This document shows, in pieces, positions 25,946 to 39,599 of a stretch of DNA of 64,000 bases (position 1 is the first letter of the stretch; every line of letters begins with the position of its first letter). The notes below the pieces were generated by a model. It was not told the DNA's origin. It saw only the letters and a list, made by a program, of their open reading frames with translations, and did not search any database. The stretch lies in NCBI GenBank assembly GCA_000708835.1, contig DF237128.1, positions 62,001 to 126,000 on the forward strand, read 5' to 3'. The position numbers were made by a program, and so were the translations under genes. The stretch comes from Klebsormidium nitens (taxonomy: Eukaryota > Plantae > Klebsormidiophyceae).

Positions 25946-26549
25946 CTTGAAAGAGGAGTGCAGGAAGTTGAAAGAAGAGTGTAGGAAAAGGCGCATTTCA
26001 AGAGCAAGCAATGCCGGCCGACTTTGAGGCTTGTATGGTGCTTATTCCGATTTGTCCTCGACATTTCCTTATGTTGGGTCTTCAAACAAACCCTCAAGGT
26101 GCTCTCCCAACATTTTTCTTTGCTTGTCAGAGCTTTCTATGGGCTGCATAAGGCTCTTCTTTGTGTGCCAGTTTGATGCTCACACACAAGTGTAAAACAT
26201 AACACTGTCTTTCACTCCTGTAACACTGACTTACGGCCGAGCAATATTGTCTGAGTACTTGTACCGCCCGAGTAACAGAAACCTGAGTTGCCGTGACGTG
26301 AACCGCCGGTATCACTGACGGAATTCGATACGCGGTATTACAATTTTGTGGCGGTCGGAGTCAAAATTGACTCGGCCGGTACCCACCATAGGTATCTTGT
26401 GAGTTACAGTCACCATGCTAGTTAACTATAATTATATCATACATACATGCCACATGATAGAATTTAGTTCATGTCTTGCACTCAGTGCACGCTCGTTCGC
26501 GCAGGCGGTTCTAATCAAATCTACTGATTGTCATTCTAGCTAGCCGATT

Positions 26550-26577
26550 GTCAATAACTTAGCGTCAATAACTTAGC
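26550..26577. repeat. Perfect 14-bp tandem duplication
   Basis: gtcaataacttagc x2. Confidence 0.9.
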
Positions 26578-26747
26578 GCCGCTGCCAGTCCATATAGTTG
26601 TCGGCAAAGTTGATTAGGTATCCTGGCATTGCGTTGGACCCAGTGACAGGTGAGGTCTGCACCGTCAAGCATTGTATCGAATTGCCATTTAAGGTTGTCG
26701 CAGATTTCATGACAACTGTTGTGCTTAGGTGGCCGAACGGAGCCAAC

Positions 26748-29700
26748 TTAAGCCATTGTTTGCAACGAGTAACTTCGTTCCGCACCCAAGCCTAGCGCAA
26801 GGTCTCTTATCAACCCCGAGATGAGCGGTTTCTCTGACGAGACCTGATCCGGCAGGGGAGGTACGCACTTTGGTTGATGCTCTGGCTTCGTCCCCAACGT
26901 GATGTGGGACTCCAAGCTTGCTCGGCAGAAAATAAACCTGCTCACAAGACGTTAAGTTGATCAGGATCAACTGAGGCAACAACAGCTTCAGGCAAGTGCC
27001 AGCTTGAGAAAGTATGCCAATCAAGACAAGCATCTCTCATAAGCGCTCTGAAAGCAGAAGCTTAGCTCTCACGAGTATGCAATGCCTTTGAAACCAGTAC
27101 GGTACCATACGCAGTGTGTAACGCAGTTGAAAATGCAGATCAGCACACAGAATAAGATGGGCAGCGGATGCAGTACACAAGCGACAGACGTCAGGGTCAG
27201 TGTCTGGAGTGGCGTTCGAGGTTGTGAGTGTCCCGCCCAAATTGAGCCGGAACCAGCCGTGACAATAATTGGGCAAAACCCAGATTGGGTAAGTCACCCA
27301 AAGGACTGCGGAAGACGAAAACCCGAAATGTGTTGCGCCCTGGGAGGCCAAGCGCACTCCGAGTTGCCTGAAGCGACGACAAAGGCACGACAGGAAGGCC
27401 GCTCGCAACGGCCGACACTCCAGCGCAATGCTTAAGGTGTGCAGTATGCCACCCGTGCGAGCGCTCACCTGAGCGTGAACTTGCGCAGGAAGGGATCCCC
27501 CAGTAGCCGCTGCCAACTGGGGTCCAACGACGGGCAGCTCGTGAGGGCCTCCCCCCACCGCACCAGCCCGGCGCCCAATGCGGCCTCCATCGCGTCCTGC
27601 ACCGCCTGCACGCACGCCGGGGCGGGGCTCAGCCACCGGCATGCTTATTACCATGGGCCTAAAGTATCCGAGTCGCTTTCGTGAATTGCAATTGCACAAG
27701 AAAAAGTCAAGCAGAGAGCGACGTTCCTCATGGAACGACTAAGCGTCGTGATAAGCAGAACAGCAACCAGATGGCCCGCTTCTCCATGCTGTTATGGACG
27801 AACGCACGACTCATCCGCCCGCCTCTTTGCAGGAGCCTGGCAGGCGCGAACGTTACCACGGGAAGCGAGCAGCCGCTTACCGGGCTCAACGGCAAGGGGA
27901 CCCCGTGAAGGCGGCAGAAGGCCAGCAGGGGGGCCGTCAGGAAGAGCGTAAACAGGCTGCCCGCGTTACCCCCCTGGGACGTGGAGGCGGGGCCGCCGGA
28001 AGATCCTCGGCGCGGGTCGGCTTCCGAGGGGGGTGGGCAGCGGGGGGAGAGCAACATCACGGCCGGCTCCAGCACCTCCTCCCCGCTCAACGACTGCACA
28101 CGCAGGAGCACGCGCGGACGTGAGAAATATGTGCGTTTCAACGACTCGAGCTGAACTCTAGCCGAGTGACGAAGGTAATGTTGCGAGGTCGGAGGGAATC
28201 TTCCTGGAGCGGTCCAGGATGAATGCAGAGGCAACTTCGAGAGCCCCACTAGTGTCTCGGCGACAAGCGAGCCGGATTGAATGAACCAGAGTCGGCCTTT
28301 TTTCAACTTTGGCTACGACCGAGCCTCCATTATAATGGATCCGAGCAGGCAAACGTCGAAGCAGCTTTGGACGGCGTTGGCACCTGGAAGGCGGCGCTGG
28401 TGTCGCTGTCAACGATGAGGAAGAGCGGCCGGCGCGTGAAGGGCAGTAGATCCGATGGGTAGAAGAAACCGTCACCTGCGGGCGAGCACAGCAGAAGAAC
28501 GAATTGAAAGATTCAGGGTGTATCTGGAGTTGTAGGGATCGGGTAAAAAGTTTTGGGCCTGTCAATGTATAGGAAAGAGATTCTTGATGAAACTCACAGG
28601 GCCGCTTCAACTAGTTTCACGTCCCTCCCTTACACGGGTGGATTCAGGGGCAAGGAAATTCGAAATGCCAGACAGATATGCTGTTCAGCAGATGACGGAC
28701 TTCTGAGCCAAAGGCAGCAGAAGAGGCCCTCTGGGCTAGGAGGAAAAAGCTGGGTGCTTCTGTCGCGATAAGCAAGAAAGCACCCGACCTCCTTGAAGAA
28801 GCACAGAACCATTATTCTCGCCCCGCCACACATGCGGTCCGTGCCAATCAGTGCCTGATTCTCACCCGCGCTCTTGCCACTCCCCCCTCTGCTCTCCCGC
28901 GCAATCTCCCCCTTGCGCGCACTCCCCTCCCGGCCCAGCCCCAGCCCGGGCCCCGCGCTCAGCTCCTTTTTCGCCCCGAGCCACAGCCCCTCCCCCCGCT
29001 GGGGCGCTATACTGCCGCTCACGCTGCCCGGGCTAGACCCCGGGCTCACGCCCGAGTCGGCCGAACTAGGCCGGGGCACGGAGAACCCTTCGAACGGTAT
29101 GGGCTCTGACTGGCCGCCGGGAGCAGTACTTGATACCTCCACACTCCCGCGGGAGTTGTCCCCGTTCGACGGCTGCCCCGGAGAAGGCGTTCCGAGGGCC
29201 ACACGTGCGAGGCCGCTTTCTAAGCCGGCGGTACCCGCCGCTGGCGCCTGCTGGCCCGGCCTCTCGGCGCTCGTTTCAGGGGGGTCGTGGTCGTTTACGG
29301 TGCTGTCCTCCGGGATGGGGGGGGGAGTCTGGGGGCGCTGAGACATGGAGGGCTGCGGGGGAGCCGGGCTGCCTGTGGCACAAGGAACGAGAAACAAGTT
29401 TGAAGGAGTCAGCGGAGCAGCGCAGCCCATCGAAATGCAAACAGCGGGGCAGACGAAGTGCATCCACGCATGGCGGCACTTCCTTAGGGAAGATGGTCAG
29501 AGGTCGCGTTCTCACCTGCCGCTGATAGGTAGACCAGAACGGCAGAGTCCGGGGGCAGCTCCTCCACTGCGGTGGCGAGAGTCTGTACGGAGGACGCGAC
29601 CAATCAGTGAAGAGCTGGGACAATGTGTTGGAGCCGAACTCTGATTCCGCTGCCATTCAAGTGCGATAATTATGGTTCCGGGTTATACCCACCCATCGGC

Positions 29701-32646
29701 CTGGATGTGTCTGGCACGCATCAGACAGAACGCTTGGGTGGAGCAGTGAGCGTTTCAACAGTGGCCCCCCAAATCTGCCCGGAAACCATGCAAGCAACCG
29801 CCCCCGCCCTCCCACAGCAAACTGGTCTCACCAGCAGCAGCTGCGGAACTGTCGGCCGGAAAAGCAGGTACTTGTGGGGATTGGGGGGCAGGCTCGGGTC
29901 AATCACGTTCTCCGCCACCCCCCCGGGCCGGTTGTTTTCTCGACGCTCGGGGCCCCCCTCCTGGGGGCCCGCCCCACTGCCGCTGGCGCCGACAGTGTCC
30001 GAACCCTGAGCGGGTTTTCGCAATTTGAGGAACTGGCCGCTGGGCTCCCACTCGACGGCTTGCAGCATGCGGAAGGTGTCCAGCGTCAGCTCGCTGAACT
30101 TGACCTGCAGCCACGGGACAAGCGGGACGGTGAGCATCCCGTACCCCCGGATGGAAGAAGGGCGACATCCAAGATCCAGACACGGTCCCCGACTGAGCGG
30201 CCAGGGCCGATACGTCCAAGACACGACAGGAATGACGGACTCGGTTATCTGTTCCTATAGCTTTTCCACAGATGTAGCCCACTTCCGACACTTATTGAGA
30301 AGACTAAAACGACAGAAGAGAGATGCAACCCGAGCATCGCGCCCACGGCCACGCACCTCGTTATGGTGGTAGCTCGTGAGTATGGCCTCGCGCAGCTTGA
30401 GCAGCTTGGGCCCCCCCGGCTTGCCGTACGGGCCGACGACGGTGGGGAGGGCCATCGGGTGGGGGTCGAACAGCAGGCTGTACCGCACTGGGCGCGCATC
30501 GTCAAACATCGCGTCTGCGGCGACGAAGCGCACGACCTCCTTGGCCACCACCTTCCAGTCGCGCGTGTTGGGCACCTAGGGGGAGGGGACAGAGAGGCTG
30601 GTGAAGGGGAGGGCAGCGGAGGGGGGAGCAGGGCGGTGATATGAGCGAAGATCAAGATTGAAACCATGGACGGAGTAAAGCGAGACAGAAACCGTAAGGG
30701 GCGCTCAGCGACCTTGGTTCATACTTACAAACCCCTTAAAGGAACCACCACGATGCAGCTACTCGCCTGTCTACAGAAGGCAATGAGTATTTTCCGGGCA
30801 AGTACTAGAAAGAGCAAGAGATTTATACTGTGCATGAACCAAGGAAAGGGCAAGCACTGTCAAAAAGACAGTCAGATAGACATCAAAGCTCTTTTGTTTC
30901 ATTCACGCGCTGACCTGGAAGTTGCGCGCATAGTCGTCCACCAGTGTCCTGAGCTGGCGCACGAGGCGGCGCACTGTGTCGCGGCGGTTCATGAGCAGGC
31001 ACACTACAATGAAGCGCACGCCGTAGCGCAGCTGCTTGTTGGCCACCGCCACATCTTTGACAGCTTCCTGGAACAGCAGCAGACACGAGGTCAGGAGAGA
31101 GGCTAGGGGCCCTTAAGGGGGGGGTAAGCAAAGAAGGTGGAGGGGTCAGAGGGGATCAACCAGCTTCAACGATCCTACAAGATAAGACAACAGAATGAAA
31201 CGGAAGAGGAACAAGGATGCGACCTTGCAATCGTATGCTTTTCCTACTTGAGCGAGCAGTGCCCACAAGCAGGTTTCCAGCATTGCTAGTCTGAGTACTG
31301 ATGGCCACTGCCAGAAGGAGTATCTGCAGGGCCAACCAATCGGGGCAAGCAAAGTCAGAGATTCAAGTTAGGAGAAGTTACGAGCGGGTGCAATGAGATC
31401 AACATGGGAAAAGGAGTCCGAAAAGCCTCAACGAACGCTCCTTCACTTCAGCGGGTCTCTAAGCTTGTATGCAAAAGGCTGCCCCAAGTATCTAGCTATG
31501 CATCAAGTGTGGTCTCAAACGCCGATTGATTTGGAAGCTGAAGCAGAGACTCTCGTTGTGAATATGCCTGCACAAAAGCCGCAGAAGCTGCTCTGAAGCC
31601 TGTCCTCTGGTTCGCATTGAGGTAGTCTTTTGCTTACTTTGAAGTACTCCCTGCTTGCGATGGCCTCGTAGAAGACGTACGAGTCGTACAGGAAGGGGAA
31701 CTGCCCCGTCCGGATGTAATTATGATAGTACAGCTGGCTGATGCGGCTCGCAATCTGCATGTAAGAGACACAGGCATCGAAAGCAGGGCCTTCTGGTGTA
31801 CTTGCATCAGGTCGCTTGCCGTTCTGAATGAAGACCCGGTCTGCGAGCTCCTTCAGATGTGGCAGCATTGCCTGGAACGCTCAACAATGCTGACAACATA
31901 CTTGCTGGGGGATATGAAAGTGGAAAGTGGACCGAAAGGCTAGAGGTTGTACTTAAGAGATCAGCATTGCCCTGAGGGTGGCTTACTTTGAGTTCTGTTT
32001 GCAAGTGTCATGCTCAAGATGCAAAAGGTGCGACGAGCATCCAAACAAGTAGCCATGCATTTCTGTGTCTTCCGGAAATTTGACACATACAAAGCCTCAT
32101 ATTGCCCGTTTGGCACACTTGGAACTAACACTGTGCTGATGGGGCATTTCTCAAACTGTGATTGAGACAAGCTGAGCAAACCTGAGATGACCCCACTGGT
32201 TTGACGTTATCAAGTGGAGGCACACCTACATTACTTGGGTTGCTTCGATGCATAATTAGGGGACTCGCCAGCCTGTGATTCACCACATTGTATGCCTGAC
32301 TCGGTGCAAACAGTGGCAGCATGATGTGACAAGCCGCCTGAATGGGCTCACTGCATCTCACCTCCCCAATCTCCCACCTCTTGAGCCCCGTCTCGACCAG
32401 CTTCTGGCGGTTCTCCTGCTGAAACTTCCACAGCCGGGAGTAGAGCGCAAACGCCTTCTGGAAGTAGTGATCGAAGCGATCACGTCCGTAGGGGGGCAGG
32501 TCCTTAAGCCGTGCAAACTTCTGGTATGCCTTGTCAACCAGAACGCGGTACTCCTCGCTGATGCTCGGAGCAGCGGGGGCCCGTGGCCGCTCTGCCGCAG
32601 GCCCCGCAGGCCCCGCAGGCGAAGGATTCTGTGGGAGAGCCGCCAT
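26748..32646 (-). CDS. SCAI: SCAI family protein; 11 exons: 32646-32362, 31754-31638, 31067-30915, 30575-30357, 30104-29832, 29582-29516, 29372-28866, 28475-28384, 28093-27881, 27605-27469, 26937-26748
   Basis: 2253-nt in-phase CDS. LKDLPPYG, LWKFQQENR..GLKRWEIGEIASRISQLYY, KQLRYGVRFIVVCLL, NPHKYLLFRPT, YPSDLLPFTRRPLFLIVDSD, DPFLRKFTLRFIFCR. Confidence 0.95.
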
Positions 32647-33311
32647 CCTTGAACCAGAGCAGAGGGAAATCCCTCAAGGGCGTGCGCTAGAAGCGCTGAG
32701 GGCTACCGCTGAGCGATCTTTGCAGCATTGCTCATTAGATGCAGTATTCCGTTAGCAATTGCATGGTTGATCTCAGCAGGTGTGATTAAAATGCAACCTG
32801 AAATAGCTCAAGGATGTCCCCAGATCGATCTAGCTGACCATCTGCTCCGCGCTCGAACAGCATGCAGCGCCCCTGTCTTGCTCATGCGCCCTCCCTTCGC
32901 TCTCTTGAGCAGCAAAACGTGAAGGGCATATATGACTCCCTTTTCTGTCGTGGTGAGTCGAGAACATACTAATTTATGCGCAATGGAAATTATCCAATCT
33001 CATAGAACGAAACGTTCAGTCTGGAGTCTGGACCCGGCTTCTTGATTCTTGGATGGACGGAGGCATAAAAGTGGTCGTATAGAGTGTGACCACTACTCGC
33101 TTATACGACAGAGTATTAAACTAGAGTGGAAATACGAGACCATATTCTGCCACTGGCTAGATTCTGAATCAGACTGATCATGGTGCACATGGCATTGTGC
33201 GAATTCAATGAGCTGGCAGCAAGCATAATTGGCAGAGGTGGGAAGAGACTGCGCAATTGATAAGGTTCAGAACCCTCCAATTGGGGAAGCAGCTCGATGT
33301 TTGAGCAGCGT

Positions 33312-33363
33312 GCCAGGCAAAGTGAGCGCACCTGAAAGCCAGGCAAAGTGAGCGCACCTGAAA
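33312..33363. repeat. Perfect 26-bp tandem duplication in the SCAI/ZCRB1 divergent intergenic region
   Basis: gccaggcaaagtgagcgcacctgaaa x2. Confidence 0.92.
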
Positions 33364-33607
33364 AGCGTCTTGTCGTCCGGCTCGGTATATTGGTCCTCTC
33401 GTCCTCCAATAGGAGTGTCTTCCATTTTAGAAGACTGCATCACCTTCCGTGCCTTTTAGCCGTCTTAATTGTCCAGCGAGGAGACATTGCTTGCACTCTT
33501 CGCCAACGCACATGAAGCCCCTGGTGGGCCGCTGACTGTGACCAATCACTCGCTCAATCAGAAAGCTTGGAGGACCAAGTTTTGAGCCCGCCGCATGGGC
33601 TCTGGCC

Positions 33608-36600
33608 ATGGCGGCAAAAAGGCCAGGTGGTGGTGGGGGTAATGGGCGGGTGGGGCCCCCTTCCGGGCCACCGTCAGAAGCGGCCGGCAAGGGGGGTGCT
33701 CGGCTGGCTCCGTCCAAGTCCACAGTGTACGTGGGCAACCTGGACTACAACCTGACCAACAATGACCTCTTCACCATCTTTAGCGCCTGCGGCCAAGTGA
33801 CCAAGTGAGTGCCCTCGACAGCTTCGTGTACGAGACATAACAGCATCTGTGGGGAACAAGATAATTGAATCATGAAGCCACTGAGGTATTGCGAGTAACT
33901 GAAGGCAACGCTGTCCTCCTATTGTTTACAGATAATCAGTGTCTTGCACGGTCTGAGTATTTCAACTTGTGAAAGTGGACTTCTTTCCAACTGTCTTGTA
34001 TGTCAGCGTGTGGGTGACTTGGGCTAAGCAAGTAGTAGGGGCAAGGATCTAGAGCACCTGAACGGGTAACACGATCCAAGTTATGGCAAGCTGAGGCTCG
34101 TTGGATAAAAAGGGCTCAACGGACAGATACAACCTGCCGCTCTTCCTTCCTCGTCTTCTTGGGAGGGTACTTCTGCCGGACTTGTCTCCTGTTATTTGTC
34201 ACTTCATCATGTCTCTCTCAGTGCAGGGCCAGCATTGTGAAGGACCGGCAGACGCGAGAGAGCAAGGGCGTAGCCTTCATCCTGTTCTTGACTCGAGAAG
34301 ATGCCTTGAATGCAGTAAGGTGGCACCAAGATCTGTTTTTCGCTTTTGAACAGATCTTGCAGTAGCCACTCGAGTATGCTTGAACCATTGGATGAAGGAG
34401 AGGCTAGAAAGGCCACCAGCTAAGCGCTTGTTGTAACAAGCTTGATTTGCCCCACCCCCAAACGTGGGGACGTAGCCAGGACGACTTGCTGGAATATGGC
34501 AGACTTTTACTTCTTCGTCAGCAATTGCTATTGATATTTGGGAGCCAACAGCAAGGACTGTGAAAGGCTCCAGCTTTCGGATAGTCAAAGGAGGTCGATG
34601 GTCTCTGCTTCCACCTTTGCGCACATTATCGTGATAGTTAATAGTGGTCGTTTTGTCCAATCTCAGTGCAAGATCATGAACGGCAAGGTCCTGAATGGGC
34701 GTACCATCAACGTCAGCATTGCGAAGGACAACGGACGAGCTGCAGAGTTCATCAAAAGAAGGGTGAGCGTGGGAAGTTTTGTACCAAGTACGGGGACTGC
34801 CCTATTTCCAAATCCATTGGCTTGCGAAGACTTACGAGCTTTTGTTTATTGCGTGCGCCCTTACTTTGAATGCAGCCAATTTCGTTCTTTGTGCGACCTT
34901 CATCGCAGAGACTAGTTGGAAAACGGTACATCAAGTGACTGCAATCTCGATATCTCTACTTGTCATGTTCTATCAAAAGCTTTGAAGAATCTCAGCTTAC
35001 TAGTCATAGAGTCTGTTGAGCTGACAATTTTGCGCCAGAAGGTCACACATTATTCGTTGTTTGAATGTCGACTCATGCCAAGCACAATTTCCTTACGAGC
35101 AAGACATTGAAAGCCACTGAAAGTTTCATTCCTATATGGAAATTTTCCGAAGAATACTCACGTCTGCACCTATCCGTGGCAGGAGTACGTGGACAAGAGC
35201 CGTTGCTACGAGTGCGGCAAGGAGGGCCACCTGTCGTACGAGTGCCCAAAAAACCAGGTAAGTTTTGGCAGCTCGTGTAGTTTTCCAGGTCCTGTTCTTG
35301 CAGGAACTCCTGGGCTTGCTTCGGGCGAAGAAGTGCCCTGATTGGACACACCACAGCTTTAGTTTGGCAGCTGACGTGCTTGTTGTTTGTGATCTCCTTT
35401 GACTGGCGTTTCGTTGTATGCAATCGCCTGGCTGTCCATTTCGAGAAGCAAAGGGGGAGCGCTGAACAGATCCAAAGCAGAGAAACTGATTTCATTACCC
35501 CTCAGGTATTGAATAGCTTGGCTTTATATGTCTCCTTACCTTCGTCGTCATATCGTCAGCTCCTCACACAAATCTGCTCTTTTGCCCCAACCTTTGTGTC
35601 AAGCTCAGTTTCTATTCCCCTGACTCATGAGCGAGTTCGACTTCGTCAAATCATGGTACTCCTGGGCGTGCTCGTGTCTTGCGTCTCTGGCACAGCCTTT
35701 CGAACTTAACACAACCCTCTTTTGCGCTCGGCGTACCTTTCATCCAGACGCGCTGTCCACCGGGCTCGCGCGGTTGTCGTGGAAACCACCGATGGTGACA
35801 CTTTGGATTTCACCCTTGTTGGCCGCCCTTCCGCTCCTGCAGCTGGGTCCCCGCGAGCCTCCCGCGAAGAAGAGCCGTCGCGCCGCGCAGGAGGCGCACC
35901 TCGGTGCCAAGCAGCGAGCGCCTGCTTCGCACCCGCAGCCGGCCAACGACAGGTGAGGCTGCCGGGCAAAGGAAGGTGGTTACGTTTGGCAGTCTGAGCT
36001 CGATGGCTGTGAGGCGCAGCATTTACACACTGGGCCTGCTTGTTTTGTCTTTCCAAAGCCCCTGGTGACGCGGGCGCCATTTCGGAGATGCTAAAGAAAG
36101 GGGCCGTCACGGCTGTTACGTCAAGGTGTGGGCTCACCGCTCCTTGCCGATGCAGCGACGAGGACGAGAATCCAGACTTCGACGACGACGGCTGGGGGTC
36201 CGTCGTGGCGCCCAGGTGCGCGCTGCAGCTTTCCGGCTTTTGCCTGCTCTTGTCGTGCTTTGCAGGCTCTTGAATCTTGTGTGAATCTTCTTTGCGACGC
36301 CGTCAGCTCGTGGCTGGTCCATTGGCCTTTTCTTTTAGTAACAATGTTCTGTCGAGGCTCGTGGGATCACTCAGTGTTTTGTTGCCAAGGCGTTGGCAGC
36401 CAGTCTATACTCGAACAGCAAAGTCCTCTTGGCAAGCCCGTGTGTTGGTGTCTGATGCTCGCTTGTCACTGCAGGCCATCGTTTTCGTCAGTACAGGGGA
36501 CGCAGGGCGAGACAGAAGGCCGGAAGCCGGGGGGGCTGAAGGTACGACTCGATCTGCTTCAAATCTATGCTGGAGTGTTCGATCCGCAAAAGTCAGAAGC

Positions 36601-36781
36601 GCTGTGGTGGCAGCCTCGTAATTTGATTGCAAATTTGTTTCCTGCTCTTTGCATCCGGCAGATCCTTCGGCACCTGCTTAGCTGCGTCTTGACGACCATT
36701 TGAGAATTTATGGGTCTGTTATTGCAACAGGGCCCCAAGAAAGCATCCGGCTACTTCAGCGACGAAAGTGGGGAGGATTGA
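33608..36781 (+). CDS. ZCRB1: U11/U12 snRNP 31-kDa protein (RRM plus CCHC zinc knuckle); exons 33608-33804, 34227-34314, 34667-34762, 35183-35257, 35843-35952, 36156-36215, 36475-36541, 36731-36781
   Basis: [69 protein letters not shown]-terminal SGYFSDES. All junctions in phase. Confidence 0.95.
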
Positions 36782-38007
36782 ATCAACGACGTGCCAGGAC
36801 GGCTAGTTTGAGGAGTACACGTGTCGGACACATGCTGATCTTGAGCCGTCCAAGCCGCATACTGGCTTTCGCTCGTGTTTTTGTAACAGATTGAGCTGCG
36901 TTTGCATTGTTTGTGCCCAATTCCGGACAGTCTGGCTCTCAGTCGTCTGGGGTAGTCAGCTTATGAGTACACGAGCATACCTTGTGTGACTCAACTTATT
37001 GATTTGATCAGAGTAGGTAAACTTGACATGCTTCATTGCGCAAGTAAATGAAGGTATAGCTGACGCTTGTGCCCATGTGGCGACTTCCACACAATGATGA
37101 AACTTAAGTTGAAATGTTGCTCATACTATGATATATGTGCTCTTGTTGCGAATAAAATACTCAAAACCGTGCATATCTTTTGCAGGAGTCGAGTCCGCAC
37201 CATACGTGTTGACTGGCACCCAATGATGGTTTGGAGAGTTAACCCGGGAAGTGCATGCTAGCTTCGCGCAAGGGCATCATAATATAAGCACTATCTATCA
37301 AGAGAGATAATTGAGGAGAATCGGCCGGCCATGTACCATGTAAACGTGAACTGAAACTTAAAGGATTTTGTCATATGTTTCCATATACTTCCATATCCGC
37401 GGGGTCCATAATTGAAAATTGAAGAACGTTGATTCGAGAATACGTCTAGTCTGGCACCAAGCGGTCCATGCTATGTTTCTACAACAAAACCGTCCAGAGT
37501 TCAAAGAATGTTGCATGTGCTGTTCTTCTCCAGGGCATACGCACACCTTACTTGCCATGCACTGAGTGGACTAGACTTTCAACTTTCAAATATCTGTCAG
37601 CCTGGCAGCGCCGGCAATCTAGGTTCTTCGAGTGACTTGTCGGCAACGTTTCTATGCAGCCATGAGCTGGACAGTCTTGTCTAACCAAATGTACAGCCTT
37701 GTGATTGAAGTATCTACAGCCTTGTCACTCAGCAGTGCCACAATGTTAGCAGAGCCCCAGATGATTACGGTATAGAGCTTGTTGTAATCAAATCTGCTCA
37801 AGACAACAGCAGAAGATCACTGGCTCAAAAACGCAAACTACTGTTCCTTTTTGCAGAATAATTCAATCGAATTTGTACAGTTGTTCGAGTACAGTTGTTC
37901 AAGTCATAATGCTTCAATACAACACTATACAAAGACTGTACACCACACCCTCGACCCAGCTATTGCAACATCACAACTATGTAAGCAGGCCTGTCGCCAA
38001 CGAAGCA

Positions 38008-39145
38008 CTACGCACGGGGCTGCTGAATGCGCTGGGCATGCACTCGGGGAATGCCGTTACGAAGGTACCGAGGGACCTTCTCATGGGCAGCAACAGGCTC
38101 TCCTTGAGCTGGCCTCATAGCTCGCCCGAGGAGCAGGCGAATGAGGCGTTTCTCATTGGCGGCATTGCTTCCCACTGCAATAAGAAAAGTAAAGTGATCA
38201 GTGTCCAACCCTTTGGTTTCAAACAGGAAAGAAGGTCACAATTTCAATGTTCCAGTGAAATTCACCAGAAGGCATACCGATCTCACTTGCAGAGGTTTAT
38301 GCTCAACCAGCACACGAGGAACTGCAGCTTGTCAGGAGTAACATTCACTATTTACCCCATCTGAGCTGTGTAAGAAACCTGCTGAGTCAAGCCTTCTGTT
38401 TGCTACATTGCATACAGAGGGTCAGATACAAGCAAGCATTTTCAACAAGGAGATTGCTACAGGATTCTCACCAACACTTGTGCAGCCCCGTTCAAGCTCC
38501 TCAGCCTCTTCCAAGTCAGCCAATTCCCGCTGCTGCCATTCAAGCTCCTCTGTAAGAACATGGAACAGTCAGTTTTGCATGTAATCTTCTTGGAGCCCTC
38601 ATGGCATATTAAGCATAATTCAGTGTCCAGATCAGCTGGATCCTGCCCATCTAATCCGCGTTGACTGTCGATCCTTTCATCTTCTTGAAAGCCTCATATT
38701 CTGCTTTTGATTTAGTGCCTAGAAACCTAGTGCCTGGAAACCAACAACTTGAAGATAATCTGTTCACTCCAATTGAGGCCATCAGCTCTGCAAGGGATCT
38801 CAGAAGCCAATCCTCCATTTTAAGCCTCAGTCATAGGAAGATTGCAGACTGATGCATGCAAGTTCTTGATACACCTGAAGCACGCAGTTCCTGATCAAAT
38901 CTGAGGTCACCAACAGGACTGCCAATCAGCGTCATCACCAGGAGCATCTCACCAGCAGCCTTCAACTCGTCCATGTCTGCTCCTGACAATCCGCAGCCGT
39001 CGTCCATCACTTCAAACCTCGTTCGCAGCCAAAAGTCCCCAAATGCAGCGTTCTCCTTGACCAGAGCATACCATTCAGGAGAAAAGTCCTCAGGCTTCAG
39101 AAATGCTTGCGGAACAAAGGACGGAGCATTGGGATTAAGGGCCAT
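38008..39145 (-). CDS. ERD15: ERD15/CID-like PAM2-motif protein; exons 39145-38953, 38549-38472, 38174-38008 (alternative in-frame ATG at 39160)
   Basis: PAM2 motif LNPNAPSFVP followed by EDFSPEWYALV...W, acidic middle, C-terminal RIQQPR. Phase-1 introns are consistent. Confidence 0.85.
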
Positions 39146-39499
39146 CTTGGGCACCGTCATTGGGAGATTGCTAAAGGGACCCTTGGTAGGTTGGAGTTGA
39201 TCGGCGCAACTAAATAGTTGAGATAAACAGCTGCAACTTCTGGAGGCCACCCTTGATTGGAGCAAGGAGGGAGCGTGAAAGACGTTGTTGTGGAGCAATT
39301 CCTGGTGAATGAAACTTGAAATGCAGGTACGGTTTTAATACAGGTTTAACCAAATCAAGCGACGTATGATGGAAGGCTGTTCAAAACTGATATCAAGCGT
39401 TAGAATCGTGGAGTGTTGGAAGGACGACTTGGGAGACGTCACGTTGACTTCCAGCTGCTGCGGAATGCAGCGCGGCAGAATTGCGAGGAGGTTTCCAAA

Positions 39500-39541
39500 G
39501 CCTAGGCCCTACTAGCCTCTATACCGTAGTAGGGCCTAGGC
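39500..39541. repeat. Perfect 15-bp inverted repeat with 12-nt spacer
   Basis: gcctaggccctacta (39500-39514) / tagtagggcctaggc (39527-39541). Confidence 0.9.
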
Positions 39542-39599
39542 CCGGTTGAGTAAATTTGTTTGCAAGACGTCACGGATCTGGGTGCATCCGTGAATCATG

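Noticed and set aside
33116-33738. Minus-strand ORFs between SCAI and ZCRB1
   Set aside because: No motifs; antisense to ZCRB1 exon 1 or promoter sequence
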